The translations under genes and the position numbers were made by a program. This document shows, piece after piece, positions 9,158 through 20,300 of a stretch of DNA of 25,531 nucleotides. The DNA lies in the IMG/VR virus record IMGVR_UViG_3300043395_000340, positions 1 through 25,531 of that record. One strand, given 5' to 3'. Origin of the DNA: a virus. Its lineage: Duplodnaviria > Caudoviricetes. The notes beneath the pieces are model-generated. The model was given only the letters and a program-made list of their open reading frames with translations, had not been told where the DNA came from and searched no databases. The first letter of the stretch is position 1; every line of letters starts with the position of its first letter.

Positions 9158-11755
9158 TTATTGTGGTTTATTTAAATTAATTCTTAATTCGGACACTTCA
9201 CTATTGATTTCATTTTTAGTTAATTTTGTTTGAATAGCTCTTGCATTACATGATACCAAACTAGATGTTAGTGATAGTGTGTTCGCATTAGCTGATGGTG
9301 TCATAATCAATTCAGTGCTTCTGTCGGGAAGCCAAATACTTGAAGGAACACCAGATTGTGTTGCATATGTTATAACATATTTAGATAGAGATTTGGTTCT
9401 AACATTAAATTGTAAGATTGTTCCATCAGTTTTTGCAAGATACAATTTTGTTCCATCACTAGAAATAGACATGGAATGACAAGCATAAGTTGACGCATCA
9501 CTAATTGGTGAATTTGCAGGATAATTGATAATTAATGATGCTGATGGAGCTGCAGCCCAGCTGACTGGGGTTCCCTGCCAATCTACGGATGTCCAACTAT
9601 TCGAGACACTTGGTGATTTTGTGAATATATAAGCATCATCTCCTGGCCACGCCGGTGCGTTTCCTAGATGAAAAATGTTCAAACCATCCGGACTCCAACA
9701 AGCATCAGTGGTCGGCATATACAGCAAATTCGCACTTCCTCCAGCTGTTGTTGTGATTAATGAACCAGCTGTAGACCAATCATATGGTGTGGATAAAACA
9801 TATCTATTCATATAAAATTGTGAACCGCTATAGTATACTATACCAGCAGCTTCTGTTCCATTTGCATTATATTTAAAGAAATATGCATACATGTTGGTTG
9901 CATATGATGTAGTAAAAGATTTTGTTACACCTGCCACTAAATTGTGTATATTATGTTTTTGTGGCATTGTGTATGTTTTAATATAAGTGGTAACAGATGA
10001 CTGTCCGGCACTGTCAACATTGACGAAGGAGAAAAATATACTACTTCCATCAGGATTGATATCAAAATCTTTAAAAATGTAACCACCACCAAGGCCTACA
10101 CTGTTACTGGTGTCACTTACTAATACAGATTCTTTTGGATCAGTTCTAACGGCTGTGCTAATATCAAATGGTGTTGTTAATACATATTGATAAAGATACC
10201 ATTGTGTTGATGAAAATACACCAGCAACATATAATCGTGAACCATCACCACTAATTCTTATTCTTGGATTTGTTAAACCAACAGAAAATGTTTTGTTGTT
10301 ATATTTGATATAGTCTGTTGCTGATCCTGGATCTTGTCTGACTAGTCCGTTGGCAGTTTCTGTTACGCCTGTTAGTGTCACTAATGTCGTATTATTCAAA
10401 CTAACTTGGTCACCAATTTGCAAAACACCTGCGGCATCAATACCAACAGTAGCTGATGTGACTGTAGCATTTGAACCGGTGTATGTTCCCATACTGATAT
10501 CCAATTCTAATTCTTTTGGATTACAAGAAATTACATTTGATGTGAGAGCTGCATGAACATTCACTGCGGGTGGTTTAGTCCACACTTGAATAGGAGCGCT
10601 TGATAATCCTAATGTTGAAATATTAACATTGCTACTTAGTAAAACATCAACATCAAAAGTAGCATGATAGGTTCTTAAACTAGATGCACTGGCGTATATA
10701 GTGGGTAAAAGAGTAATTCTACCATTTCTATTAAACATTGGTTTCATGTGATTTGCCGATGCTGAATTTCCAACATAAGTGGCACTACTACATGTAACTT
10801 TTATTGCTGGACCTGTGGTTCTTAAATCAAATGGAGTTGCCATTGTTCCTATGTAAACATCTTCACTGGTGCTCGTCAAGTATCCCGACCAACAAATAGT
10901 TTTACCATCTTTTGATATGTCGACCGCATGGCCACTGTTGGGTAATGTTGAGGTCCAAACAGCACTATTTGTAATATTTACTATGTCCCAAGGTGTGGAC
11001 ATTGTATATGCATAATAAGTGCTTTGGTAACCAATAACAATTAATGTTCCGTCGTTACTAACAAATAAACCATTATAAGTGGATGTATTTGGTAAAGTCG
11101 TCAAAGTTTTACCTGTAATTGTATTTGGATTTACGGTGGATATATCCCAAGGTGTTCCCAATTCATACCTGTAAAAGGTATAGGATGTTGTTGGATGAGT
11201 TCCATATAAGTATCTGCCATCATGGCTGAAACACATTTGTCCAAAACCATTAGGTCCAGTGTATGTTTTACCTGTTGTTACTGCTGTGTTTAGATTGCCA
11301 GGTTCCGACAAAGAGAATTCTATTATGTTGTAATTGGTGACATGCACACCCCAAAAAGTTTTTCCGTCAGGATGTAAGAAATGCGATAATCTTTGATAAG
11401 CAAAATTGGCACTAGTGGTTGGAGACAAAGCACTTAATGGACTTGAGGTGCTACTAGCTGATGCGTTGGCGGATACTGTTGTGTTTTGTGTTTTAATATT
11501 ACCTGAAGTTACAGATATTGTTCCACTAACAACACTCGCACCATCGGATGTGGCATACAATGTGTTGCCTGTGAATAATTTGTGACTGATATCCAGTAAA
11601 GATAAATTTGTTGCAGAAGTATCTATTGTGCGGATATTAAGTTCAGTTTGCTTGGGTGTTTTAATAACAACCTGGTATTCATTCCAGTTTGTGTCCCCTG
11701 CGTCTTGTTGATATATGTTAGTTACAAAACTACCATTTGCTGAATATGCTTTCAT
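9158..11755 (-). CDS. Large beta-propeller receptor-binding-like protein (two propeller regions)
   Basis: 865 aa, Ser/Thr-rich. Repeated blades include FSHDGRYLY...YELGTPWDIST, YTMSTPWDI, YVLTTPFDISTA, YVLSTPYDWSTA and SSDGTKLYL, in two clusters. Confidence 0.7.
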   Translation of the reverse strand: MKAYSANGSFVTNIYQQDAGDTNWNEYQVVIKTPKQTELNIRTIDTSATNLSLLDISHKLFTGNTLYATSDGASVVSGTISVTSGNIKTQNTTVSANASASSTSSPLSALSPTTSANFAYQRLSHFLHPDGKTFWGVHVTNYNIIEFSLSEPGNLNTAVTTGKTYTGPNGFGQMCFSHDGRYLYGTHPTTSYTFYRYELGTPWDISTVNPNTITGKTLTTLPNTSTYNGLFVSNDGTLIVIGYQSTYYAYTMSTPWDIVNITNSAVWTSTLPNSGHAVDISKDGKTICWSGYLTSTSEDVYIGTMATPFDLRTTGPAIKVTCSSATYVGNSASANHMKPMFNRNGRITLLPTIYASASSLRTYHATFDVDVLLSSNVNISTLGLSSAPIQVWTKPPAVNVHAALTSNVISCNPKELELDISMGTYTGSNATVTSATVGIDAAGVLQIGDQVSLNNTTLVTLTGVTETANGLVRQDPGSATDYIKYNNKTFSVGLTNPRIRISGDGSRLYVAGVFSSTQWYLYQYVLTTPFDISTAVRTDPKESVLVSDTSNSVGLGGGYIFKDFDINPDGSSIFFSFVNVDSAGQSSVTTYIKTYTMPQKHNIHNLVAGVTKSFTTSYATNMYAYFFKYNANGTEAAGIVYYSGSQFYMNRYVLSTPYDWSTAGSLITTTAGGSANLLYMPTTDACWSPDGLNIFHLGNAPAWPGDDAYIFTKSPSVSNSWTSVDWQGTPVSWAAAPSASLIINYPANSPISDASTYACHSMSISSDGTKLYLAKTDGTILQFNVRTKSLSKYVITYATQSGVPSSIWLPDRSTELIMTPSANANTLSLTSSLVSCNARAIQTKLTKNEINSEVSELRINLNKPQ

Positions 11756-11758
11756 TTA

Positions 11759-12862
11759 TTAATACCATCCTGCACTTAGACTATTCACCGTGAAATCGGT
11801 GATGATAACTGATGTATCGGATACATTCAAGTTCACAACTAATACTGTTCTTGTGTCTACCGCTGTTGTTGTTCCAGCGTTAACGACTTGCGTTGTCATA
11901 TAATATGTTGTATTTGTTGTAACAGAAGGCATCGTCCAATAAATGTTTTGGTTCGTTCTTGTAACTGAACCGCCTGTTACTGCAATTATATATGTATACG
12001 CTCCATTATAATTACTGATTGTAAATGTTTGTGTTGTTGCTTCGTTTGCTTGAGTTGGTCCGGTGATAGACGGTGCATCAGCACTTGTTGAAGGCATAAT
12101 ACTGGTGGTAACCCAAGCACCAGAAGAATAAACAAACAATTCACCAGTTGTTGTATCATCATACCACAAATATCCATTTGCAGCTGGTGAAGGTGCCGTT
12201 CCACCAACCGTTACTGATGCTCCGCCGCCACCGCCACCACCGCCTGTGTTTGCTGCTGAGAAGGCCGCATTAGCATGAGCAAACGCAGCATTTGTATATG
12301 CATATGGTGCTGCTGCTGTGTTCTGTAATGTATTATCCGCAAATACAACACTGTCTGTTAATTCAATACCACCAGATTTGATTACATCATATCTTGCACC
12401 AGTCAATGAGATTGTTGTTGTTGGTTCAGATACAACATTACTTACAAATTTCCAACGACCATCCAAATGGTCACGGAATACAGCTGTGTGTTGATATACA
12501 CCATCATCAAAATTACCAACTATACCAATATCAATAGTGTTACCTGAATTTCCATCCGCAAGATATAATAATGAATCAGTCAGTGTCAGATTGTTTGAAG
12601 AAATTGATGTTGAGTTTCCACCAAAGGTAATATTACCCGATACGTTCAAGTCTTGTGAAATTACAACAGAACCATTGATTGTGCCACCAGATTGAACAAA
12701 GGTTTTACCTATGTTTGCTGCAGTAAATGCCGCATTGGCTGTTAAGAAAGCTCCGTTGGCAAAAGATGCACCAGAGTTGGCTTTATCGTAGGCAGACGGC
12801 ACCAACGATGAAAAATCATTCGCTGAGTTTAAACCTGATGGGAGTATTGTTGTTAGTGCCAT
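11759..12862 (-). CDS. Tail-fibre backbone/branch protein
   Basis: 367 aa. It has an N-terminus MALTTILPSG, ANSGASFANGAF repeats, a DSLLYLA...IDIGIVGNF module shared with 24269-25531, a poly-Gly linker, an APSPAANGYLWYD module and a Thr-rich C-terminal beta domain. Confidence 0.7.
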   Translation of the reverse strand: MALTTILPSGLNSANDFSSLVPSAYDKANSGASFANGAFLTANAAFTAANIGKTFVQSGGTINGSVVISQDLNVSGNITFGGNSTSISSNNLTLTDSLLYLADGNSGNTIDIGIVGNFDDGVYQHTAVFRDHLDGRWKFVSNVVSEPTTTISLTGARYDVIKSGGIELTDSVVFADNTLQNTAAAPYAYTNAAFAHANAAFSAANTGGGGGGGGASVTVGGTAPSPAANGYLWYDDTTTGELFVYSSGAWVTTSIMPSTSADAPSITGPTQANEATTQTFTISNYNGAYTYIIAVTGGSVTRTNQNIYWTMPSVTTNTTYYMTTQVVNAGTTTAVDTRTVLVVNLNVSDTSVIITDFTVNSLSAGWY

Positions 12863-12869
12863 GGTCTAT

Positions 12870-14051
12870 TTATGGTGCATTTAAAACATCTAAGCCAGCA
12901 ACATTATCTGGTGGATTTTTCAAATCATTGTAATAGAAAATAGAGAAACTTGGTCCGCCAATACCTCGGTATGTTAAACCAACTTGTGTGATGAATGGGG
13001 AAACATCATGGCCTATGAACAATACAGAACAATCTTTAGTAAAAGCAACGGCATTAGCGGAACCTGTTGGTATAGTTGCTAAATTATCAACCAAAGATAG
13101 ATTTGTGAATGTATCGGTGGCTGGATCCACCAAATAAAGTGTACAAAATGGAGTGGTACTGTGTCCTACAGCCATATAATAGTAACCATTCCATGCGGTT
13201 ATATTTGTAATTACCTCACTAAATTTTAACGCATTTCCGTTACCGACCGGCATTGTGGATGGATTAGTTATTTTGGTGAAAGTATCACCACTTCTTTTGT
13301 AGATTATGAGTGATGGTGTGCTACTGTTTACGACCGCTAGATAAGTTCCATCTGGACTAAATGCGGGTTGATAACCACTAGAAGTTGGTAATGAAGATGG
13401 GTTTGACAATTTGGTGAATGTATCACCACTTCTCTTATAGATTGTAACAAATGGAGTTATGTTGTGTGTTACTACCAAATAAGTTCCATCAGGACTAAAA
13501 GTCACACCTCGGCCAATACCTGTCGGTAAAGTTGCAGGATCACTTAATCTAGTAAAAGTGTCACCACTTCTTTTATAGATTATAATATACGGAGATCCAC
13601 TCTGCACTACTGCTAGATATGAACCGTCTTCATTATCGTTCCAGGCAACACCTTGGCAAGTGCTTGTTGGTAATGAAGATGGGTTTGACAATTTGGTGAA
13701 TGTCATACCATCTCTTTTATATATTGTGACATATGGTGTTGTGTTGTGTGCAAATGCTAAATAAGTTCCACTTTCATCGTATTTTGCATCTCGACCCACA
13801 TTCGATAGTGATGTTCCGTTATTCGCAACACTTTCATTTATACCTCCATCTTTTGTCAATGTATAATGCATGAAATATGGACTACCGTAATGAGCCAATG
13901 TTAGTAACATTGATTGGTTGGAATTTGGCCAAACCTCTTTTATGTTATCTTGGTATTGATTACCCAATGAAACCATTTTAGGTTTAGCTGCAGCTGCAGT
14001 ATCAGGGCTCTGGTTAATTGCACCAAAACCCTTAAACGGATTCGTACTCAT
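12870..14051 (-). CDS. WD40-like beta-propeller receptor-binding-like protein
   Basis: 393 aa, with ~45-aa tandem blades of the form FSPDGTYLAV...PxxxIYKRSGDTFTKLSNPSSLPT. Confidence 0.75.
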   Translation of the reverse strand: MSTNPFKGFGAINQSPDTAAAAKPKMVSLGNQYQDNIKEVWPNSNQSMLLTLAHYGSPYFMHYTLTKDGGINESVANNGTSLSNVGRDAKYDESGTYLAFAHNTTPYVTIYKRDGMTFTKLSNPSSLPTSTCQGVAWNDNEDGSYLAVVQSGSPYIIIYKRSGDTFTRLSDPATLPTGIGRGVTFSPDGTYLVVTHNITPFVTIYKRSGDTFTKLSNPSSLPTSSGYQPAFSPDGTYLAVVNSSTPSLIIYKRSGDTFTKITNPSTMPVGNGNALKFSEVITNITAWNGYYYMAVGHSTTPFCTLYLVDPATDTFTNLSLVDNLATIPTGSANAVAFTKDCSVLFIGHDVSPFITQVGLTYRGIGGPSFSIFYYNDLKNPPDNVAGLDVLNAP

Positions 14052-14413
14052 TAGCTAATATCCTCATAAGAACAAACACCATGTAAATAAGAATTTGCAC
14101 TGGCGGTTAATCTTAAACTATCATTTTCTTCCAAATATATTGATATGTCTTTTGCAACAACGTTCAATGTTGATTTTGGTGGCACTGTAATTAGATGTGC
14201 CAACTTATACGCAGTTGCACCTCCTTTATACACATCAACTGTTACATCAGCACTCGCTGTGCCATTGATGTTTGAGATGTATAAAGAATTAATTTTCAAT
14301 ACTTTACCACTACTGCTTGCATTAGAAACGATTGCGGTAGCAGATGTTGTGATTGCTTGGCCAGCAACTTTGCCAGTAACTGTCGATGATGTTAATAAAT
14401 TTGGTGCTGCCAT
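14051..14413 (-). CDS. Small beta-rich adaptor-like protein (paralogue 2)
   Basis: 120 aa, MAAPNLL...KVLKINSLYISN...ITVPPKSTLNVV...IYLEENDSLRLTAS...SYEDIS. TAATG overlap with the downstream gene. Confidence 0.7.
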   Translation of the reverse strand: MAAPNLLTSSTVTGKVAGQAITTSATAIVSNASSSGKVLKINSLYISNINGTASADVTVDVYKGGATAYKLAHLITVPPKSTLNVVAKDISIYLEENDSLRLTASANSYLHGVCSYEDIS

Positions 14414-14414
14414 G

Positions 14415-17294
14415 TTATCCTCCGAATAGTATACCCATAGTCATTGCTTGGGCTCTTGTTGTTCCACCACTTGATGATGACACTGCACCACTCTTAAAGA
14501 TGATTGCATCGACCTTGGCACCAACGGCCGGTGCGGATGAAAGTGTAAGTGTTGTGGAATTTGCTGTAACTGTGTAAGCTTCTTTTAATTGAATGACACC
14601 ATTAACGTTAATAATAACGTTGTTTGCATCGGTCGGTGCGGTAGACATAGTAAATGCTGTGCAACTACCATCGCCGGTAAAGTTGTCTATATTAACTGCG
14701 ATATTTCCTGTAATTGCATTTGCAGTATTGGATGCTGTGTTTGCTTGTTCGTAAGCGGCATTTGCCTGTGCTCTTGCCCATGTATCGGAACCACTGCCAC
14801 CTCCGCCACCTGTGTTAGCAGCATTATATGCCGCATTTGCATGATTCCAAGAAAGAATTAAATTGTTTGACCATGCAGTGTCATAATCTGTTGAACTATT
14901 TTTAATTAAAATTTGACCTGTGGTTCCACCTGAAGCAATACCATTACCTGTTGCTCCAGTTGCACCTGTAGCGCCAGTTGGTCCTCTTGGTCCTTGTGGA
15001 CCTTGGTATGATTGTTCTAGTGCAACATAATCAATACTTGTTTGATGTGTTGAAGCGCCAGCATTACTGTGGTATAATCTTAATTGAACTTTGTTTGAAC
15101 CATCAACATAATTAGTTTCATCAATAACATCCAAAGCAAAAGCATAATAAGAACCTAAACCAGTGTATGTTCCTATATTGTCCCATTGACTAGAAGAATT
15201 GTTATATAGTTGTATGTAAACTGTGTGTCCTGATGATTGATTGTAGTTTATGTTCATCACAACACGATTGAAACTTACCACATCAATAAAATCAAAATCA
15301 ATATACCAAGCAGGTGCAGAACCTGTTCCATCAGTCAAGATATAAACATTACCTGTGGCATAATCACCAAATGTTTGAACACAGGCCAGATTACCAGAAA
15401 CATAAACACCGTTGGTTTGTATTAGTGAGTTGGCTGTATATGTTACAGTATTTGGTGTTGAATCAATCCAACTTAAATTTCCTGATCCATCGGTAGATAA
15501 AATGTAACCCGATGAACCACCATAAATTTCAACATTTGATGCTTGTCCCAAAGAAACATTTGCTGATGAGATTATAATGTTTCGATTGACATTAATTTCA
15601 TCTTCAGATAGAGACATGACAACATCATGTTCATGCACACCACCAGCAATAATTCTTAAAACTTTTCCTGCTGTTGCTGTTCCGATAACCAAGTTACCAC
15701 CAGCGGCACTTGGTGTATCATAATTACCTTGTGAATATAGATAAGAGTCGTTTGGATATAATGAGGTTCCTAAACTGTTGTTGGAACTTTGATTGTCGTA
15801 ACCACTACCAGCAATACCCAAATCCACATAATATGATGTATCTGTTCCATTATTTGCTGTTGCAATCCAGTCTGTTGTTCCTTGTGATCCACCATTCAGA
15901 TTTTGGAAGTTTATCTGAATGTATGAATTGTTTGAACCTGTAAATTGTGCAACCTCATTAGGGACAATAGTATACCCTTCGGGAATACCAGCATATAAAG
16001 CATTAAATCCATTTGCATCATAACCAAAAAACTGACCAGTGTTACCTGTAATTAAGGTTGATGTTACGTTCGAAACAAAGTTAACATTTCCCGTTACAGT
16101 CAAATCACCTGTTATTGTTCCACCGGCCGCAGGTAATGCATCAGCAGCCAAATCATATGCTGAGTTTGCTCTATCAAAAGCGGAATTTGCAAATGAAGCT
16201 GCCGAATTGGCCACAATAAATGCACCATTAGCAAAGGATGCACCAGAGTTTGCAGTATTGTATGCAGAATTGGAATGAGTAAATGCAGCGTTTGCAAATG
16301 TTGCAGTTGTGTTCTGTGCATCATAGGATGCATTTGCTCTTAAAAATGCTCCGTTAGCAAAAGAATTAGTTACACCTATTGTAGTTGCAATTGTTGTGCT
16401 GAAATTAGCATCATCACCTAAAGCTGCCGCCAGTTCATTAAGTGTGTCTAAAGTTGTTGGTGCCGAATTAACTAAATCGGCAATGGCCGTATTAACATAT
16501 GTTTGTGTGGCATATCCTTGTGCAGCATGGTTACCCCAAGCGTATGCACTATTGGCTGTTATGAAAGCACCATTGGCAAAACTGGCTGCGGAATTGGCTG
16601 CATCGAATCCAGAATTGGCTGTATTAAAACCTGAATTTGCAAATGGCGCAGTGTTGTTTGCTTTGTCACCAATATAGACAATTAAATCAAACAAATCTCC
16701 ATTAACATATAATTGAACACCATTAGCTGTTTCAAATGCCGCATTAGCATGTTCAAAAGATGCATTTGCAAATTCAGAGGTTGTATTTTGTGAATCGTAT
16801 GCACTATTGGCCTGGTCTCTAGCCCAAGAATCTGGACTGCCAGTATTTGCTTGAGCATAGGCCGCATTAGCACGGTCAAATGCACCATTAGCAAACGAAG
16901 CTGCTGAATTGGCTGTTATGAATGATGCATTAGCAAAACTAGCTGATGAGTTTGCTGTTACAAAAGCACCATTAGCAAATGATGAACCACTATTAGCAGT
17001 AACAAAAGCACCATTGGCAAATGAAGCTGCTGAATTGGCTGTTATAAAAGATGCATTAGCAAACGAAGCACCGCTATTAGCCGTTACAAATGCGGCATTA
17101 GCAAATACACCTGCCGAATTGGCAACACCATAACCAGAATTGGCTCTATCAAAAGCACCATTAGCAAATGATGCTGTAGTATTTTGTGAGATATAAGATG
17201 CATTAGCATGGTCAAAAGCCGCATTAGCCTGTACAAACGCATCACTTGCGGTTGTATCATCTATAATGAACGGTTTTATTTTTAATAATGACAT
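14415..17294 (-). CDS. Long mosaic tail-fibre backbone protein
   Basis: 959 aa. It contains many ANSAASFANGAF repeats, the classic fibre motif APTTLDTLNELAAALGDDANF, a short collagen-like GPQGPRGPTGATGATGATG stretch, an NVNGVIQ...YTV...LSSAP module and a hydrophobic C-terminus AQAMTMGILFGG. Confidence 0.8.
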   Translation of the reverse strand: MSLLKIKPFIIDDTTASDAFVQANAAFDHANASYISQNTTASFANGAFDRANSGYGVANSAGVFANAAFVTANSGASFANASFITANSAASFANGAFVTANSGSSFANGAFVTANSSASFANASFITANSAASFANGAFDRANAAYAQANTGSPDSWARDQANSAYDSQNTTSEFANASFEHANAAFETANGVQLYVNGDLFDLIVYIGDKANNTAPFANSGFNTANSGFDAANSAASFANGAFITANSAYAWGNHAAQGYATQTYVNTAIADLVNSAPTTLDTLNELAAALGDDANFSTTIATTIGVTNSFANGAFLRANASYDAQNTTATFANAAFTHSNSAYNTANSGASFANGAFIVANSAASFANSAFDRANSAYDLAADALPAAGGTITGDLTVTGNVNFVSNVTSTLITGNTGQFFGYDANGFNALYAGIPEGYTIVPNEVAQFTGSNNSYIQINFQNLNGGSQGTTDWIATANNGTDTSYYVDLGIAGSGYDNQSSNNSLGTSLYPNDSYLYSQGNYDTPSAAGGNLVIGTATAGKVLRIIAGGVHEHDVVMSLSEDEINVNRNIIISSANVSLGQASNVEIYGGSSGYILSTDGSGNLSWIDSTPNTVTYTANSLIQTNGVYVSGNLACVQTFGDYATGNVYILTDGTGSAPAWYIDFDFIDVVSFNRVVMNINYNQSSGHTVYIQLYNNSSSQWDNIGTYTGLGSYYAFALDVIDETNYVDGSNKVQLRLYHSNAGASTHQTSIDYVALEQSYQGPQGPRGPTGATGATGATGNGIASGGTTGQILIKNSSTDYDTAWSNNLILSWNHANAAYNAANTGGGGGSGSDTWARAQANAAYEQANTASNTANAITGNIAVNIDNFTGDGSCTAFTMSTAPTDANNVIINVNGVIQLKEAYTVTANSTTLTLSSAPAVGAKVDAIIFKSGAVSSSSGGTTRAQAMTMGILFGG
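16690..17240 (-). repeat. Largest block of 42-nt/14-aa tandem repeats (ANSAASFANGAFxx)
   Basis: The protein reads ANSGASFANASFIT-ANSAASFANGAFVT-ANSGSSFANGAFVT-ANSSASFANASFIT-ANSAASFANGAFDR. The DNA shows recurring gcaccattagcaaa units. Confidence 0.9.
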
Positions 17295-17319
17295 TTTTCT
17301 TTTAGTTAAAGTTATTCTA

Positions 17320-17327
17320 TATTTATA
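17320..17327 (-). promoter_or_regulatory. T4-type late promoter TATAAATA
   Basis: Exact TATAAATA on the minus strand in the 42-bp intergenic gap upstream of the 959-aa gene. Confidence 0.75.
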
Positions 17328-17336
17328 GCAACATTT

Positions 17337-20300
17337 TTATTTCACTTTTAGTTCTTCAGGAGGTGTGAAATTGGAAGAATATCTTGCAACACCCTTTGTG
17401 AATCTGAAATCATCTATGTAACCATAAAAACTAGATGTACCGGAAGCTTCATAGTATCCAATAGTTGTTACTGCACTAGATTCTCCACCTGTTCCAGAAA
17501 CAGAACCATCCAATACACCATTCACCCACAATTTTGTGTTTGTGCCATCATAAGTCATGGCACAATGGTTCCATGTATTTAATGATATTGTTGTTGAACC
17601 AGTAATTTGAATCCCCACGCCATGTTTATCAACAAGTAATACAGAACCATTCCAAGCGATATTGAAATAATTTCCAGCGTTTCTTCCAAATAAATATTGT
17701 CCGGAATAACTATTGGTCGGATAAAACCAAAACTCCACTGTATAAGGTCCTGTTTGGGACAATAATGGTGTGTATGGAATAACTAATCTGTCGCCGTTGC
17801 CGTCAAAATACATACTGGACTTACCATACTTTTTCACAGCAGTGCTTAATTGTGCGTTATTCAGTGTTTCGAATCCAATACTGCTATGTTTATCGAGCAT
17901 ACCACCTTCAAATCTTAACAATGAACTTGCCGGATAATTTATGGAATAATTCGATACCGCAGCTGTAGGTGGAGTGGTATTTGCAGTATATATTGCAAGA
18001 CCTTTAGTTACTCTAACATCACTTATATAACCAGTAACATAGGTTGATCCAGCACTATCCTTACCAATTGTTATTGGTAATGTTGTTCCATAAGTTTGAT
18101 TTGTTCCATAAGTTGTTCCCACTTGTAAACCATTGACAAATAATTTGGTATTGACTCCATTTTTAGACAATGCTATGTGATACCATTGTTTTGTCACTAA
18201 GGCTGGTCCAGTAATTGCAGCTGCATTATTAGGTACAGTATAAAATGTGATTGCAGAACCACTATAATATATTAAAACTCTAGTTGTGCCGTCAGTAATG
18301 TCCAACCAATCTTGTCGTGAAGTGGCCAAAGGATATACCCAAAAATCAACCGTGAAATCACCAGAACCAAAACCAAAAGCTTGAGATGTTGGCAATGTTA
18401 AATAATCTCCACTACCATCCAAATATATGCTACCACTATGTGTGCTTGGACTATAACTGGTTCCACTGCTGAATGGACTGAATGATTGAACCGATGTATC
18501 GCCATTTTTTGTGATGGTTAAACTGTTGGTGGAGTTATCAATAAATCTGTTTGATTGACATGTCAACAATTGTGTATTAGCAACCGCTGTCAATGTCGAT
18601 GTTGGTGGAGTAAATGTTGTTGTGTATAGTGAAGTGCCTTTAATGTATCTGAAGTTACTAATAAAACAGTTACTATTATTTCCAATAGTGAATGGATTAC
18701 CAGCAAATCCACGACTTGTGCTATCTGTATATGTGTTTGTTTGAAGAACACCATTGACAAACAATCTATTGACACCACTTGTTCTAGTGTGTGCTAAATG
18801 ATACCATTGACCTGCAACCAGTGTTGTGTCTCCATTTAATACATCACCAACGTTGGCAATGTTCAGTTTGAATTTATATGGTGCGGACCAAGTATCTGAT
18901 GATGCGTTACCTGCCAGTAAACCATAACTGTTTTGACCTGCGGCACCTTGGCCAGAAATGTTTTGATAGCCAGTTGTAGGCATGGAATTCCAATATATCC
19001 ACATTTCGGTTGTGAAATCGCCAGTAGCATCTAACTGATTTCCGGATGTAGGAACACTTAAATAATCTCCACTACCATCAAAATAATTACTCCAACCAGT
19101 TGGACTATATGGACTAAATGATGTTGCAGAAGCATTACCATATCTTGTGATAATATGATTGAACATACCACTATCATACACATTTTGATTAGTTACATTA
19201 TCTTTATATTGGTGAGTTAATAGTTTTGTGTTTGAGTCTGTAGCTCTTGGTTCTGTTGGAACAGTAACTGATGTTACTCCGGATCCAACGACAACTCTGA
19301 AGTCGGAAAGATAAAATACTGCTGAACCACCTGCACCAGGACCAATAGGTCTGGTTGGTGATGCAGAATAGTTGTTTGTATCTGATACAGAGAATACCTG
19401 CACACCGTTTACAAATCCTTTCGTTACACCAGAAACTCGACTGACGCAAAGATGTGACCATGCGTTCACTGGAATGGCACCAGTTCCTAACGTTGTTGAA
19501 CCAAACAACCATGCCATTGCATTATTATATGTTTGTAATGACCAAGTATTTGTTAGTGTTCCTGGTCTCGATATATTGTGTCCTGTTGTTGAACCAGGAT
19601 TGGTTGCATATATCCAACATTCAACAGTAAAGTCTCCTGTTCCAAAAACTTGCGCTGTGCTGCCAGTATATTGTGTATAATCTGATGTAGATGCAAAATA
19701 TGCACCACCATAATCGTTGCTGACTGCAAATGGTTGAACTTGAGTTACAGTAACATCACCGTTCTTTGTGACCGTAAAAGCATTGCTAGATTTATCAATT
19801 AATCTATTTGATTGACATATCAATAATGAAGTATTGGTTATTGCTGTTAATGGTGTTGTTGGTGGAGTAAATGCAGAAGTATATACTGCTGATCCATTTA
19901 CAATCCTCACATTTGAAATGTAACCACTGAATGTTTCGGTGCCATCACTTCTAGCTCCAACGGCCACCGCAGTTGAATTGTTATATAATGAACTACCATT
20001 CGTAATGGTGGTTATTAAACTGCCATCTAAAAACAATCTTAAAGCTGTTCCCTGTCTTGAAACTGCAACATGATACCATCTATTAACTGATACTGTTCCT
20101 AAGTTTGTAGCTGACGAAACATCCCAACTCGAACCATTGCTGGACGAATAAAATAATAAAGCGCCAGAACTGTTAACAAAGAAATAATAGGGTTGATATA
20201 TTCCCGAAGCACCTTTTGTAACAATATCTCCATAATTTCCTGCGGATGGCAAAGCGGTTGCATAAAACCATGCTTCAACTGTAAAATCACCCGAAATTTC

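Noticed and set aside
11750-11765. The 367 aa and 865 aa genes are in the same frame, suggesting readthrough or a split gene
   Set aside because: They are separated by two TAA codons before the ATG, which fits deliberate termination and re-initiation.
16690-17240. 42-bp periodic DNA as a possible CRISPR array
   Set aside because: The units are degenerate at third codon positions, are in frame and have no unique spacers. This is a coding peptide repeat.
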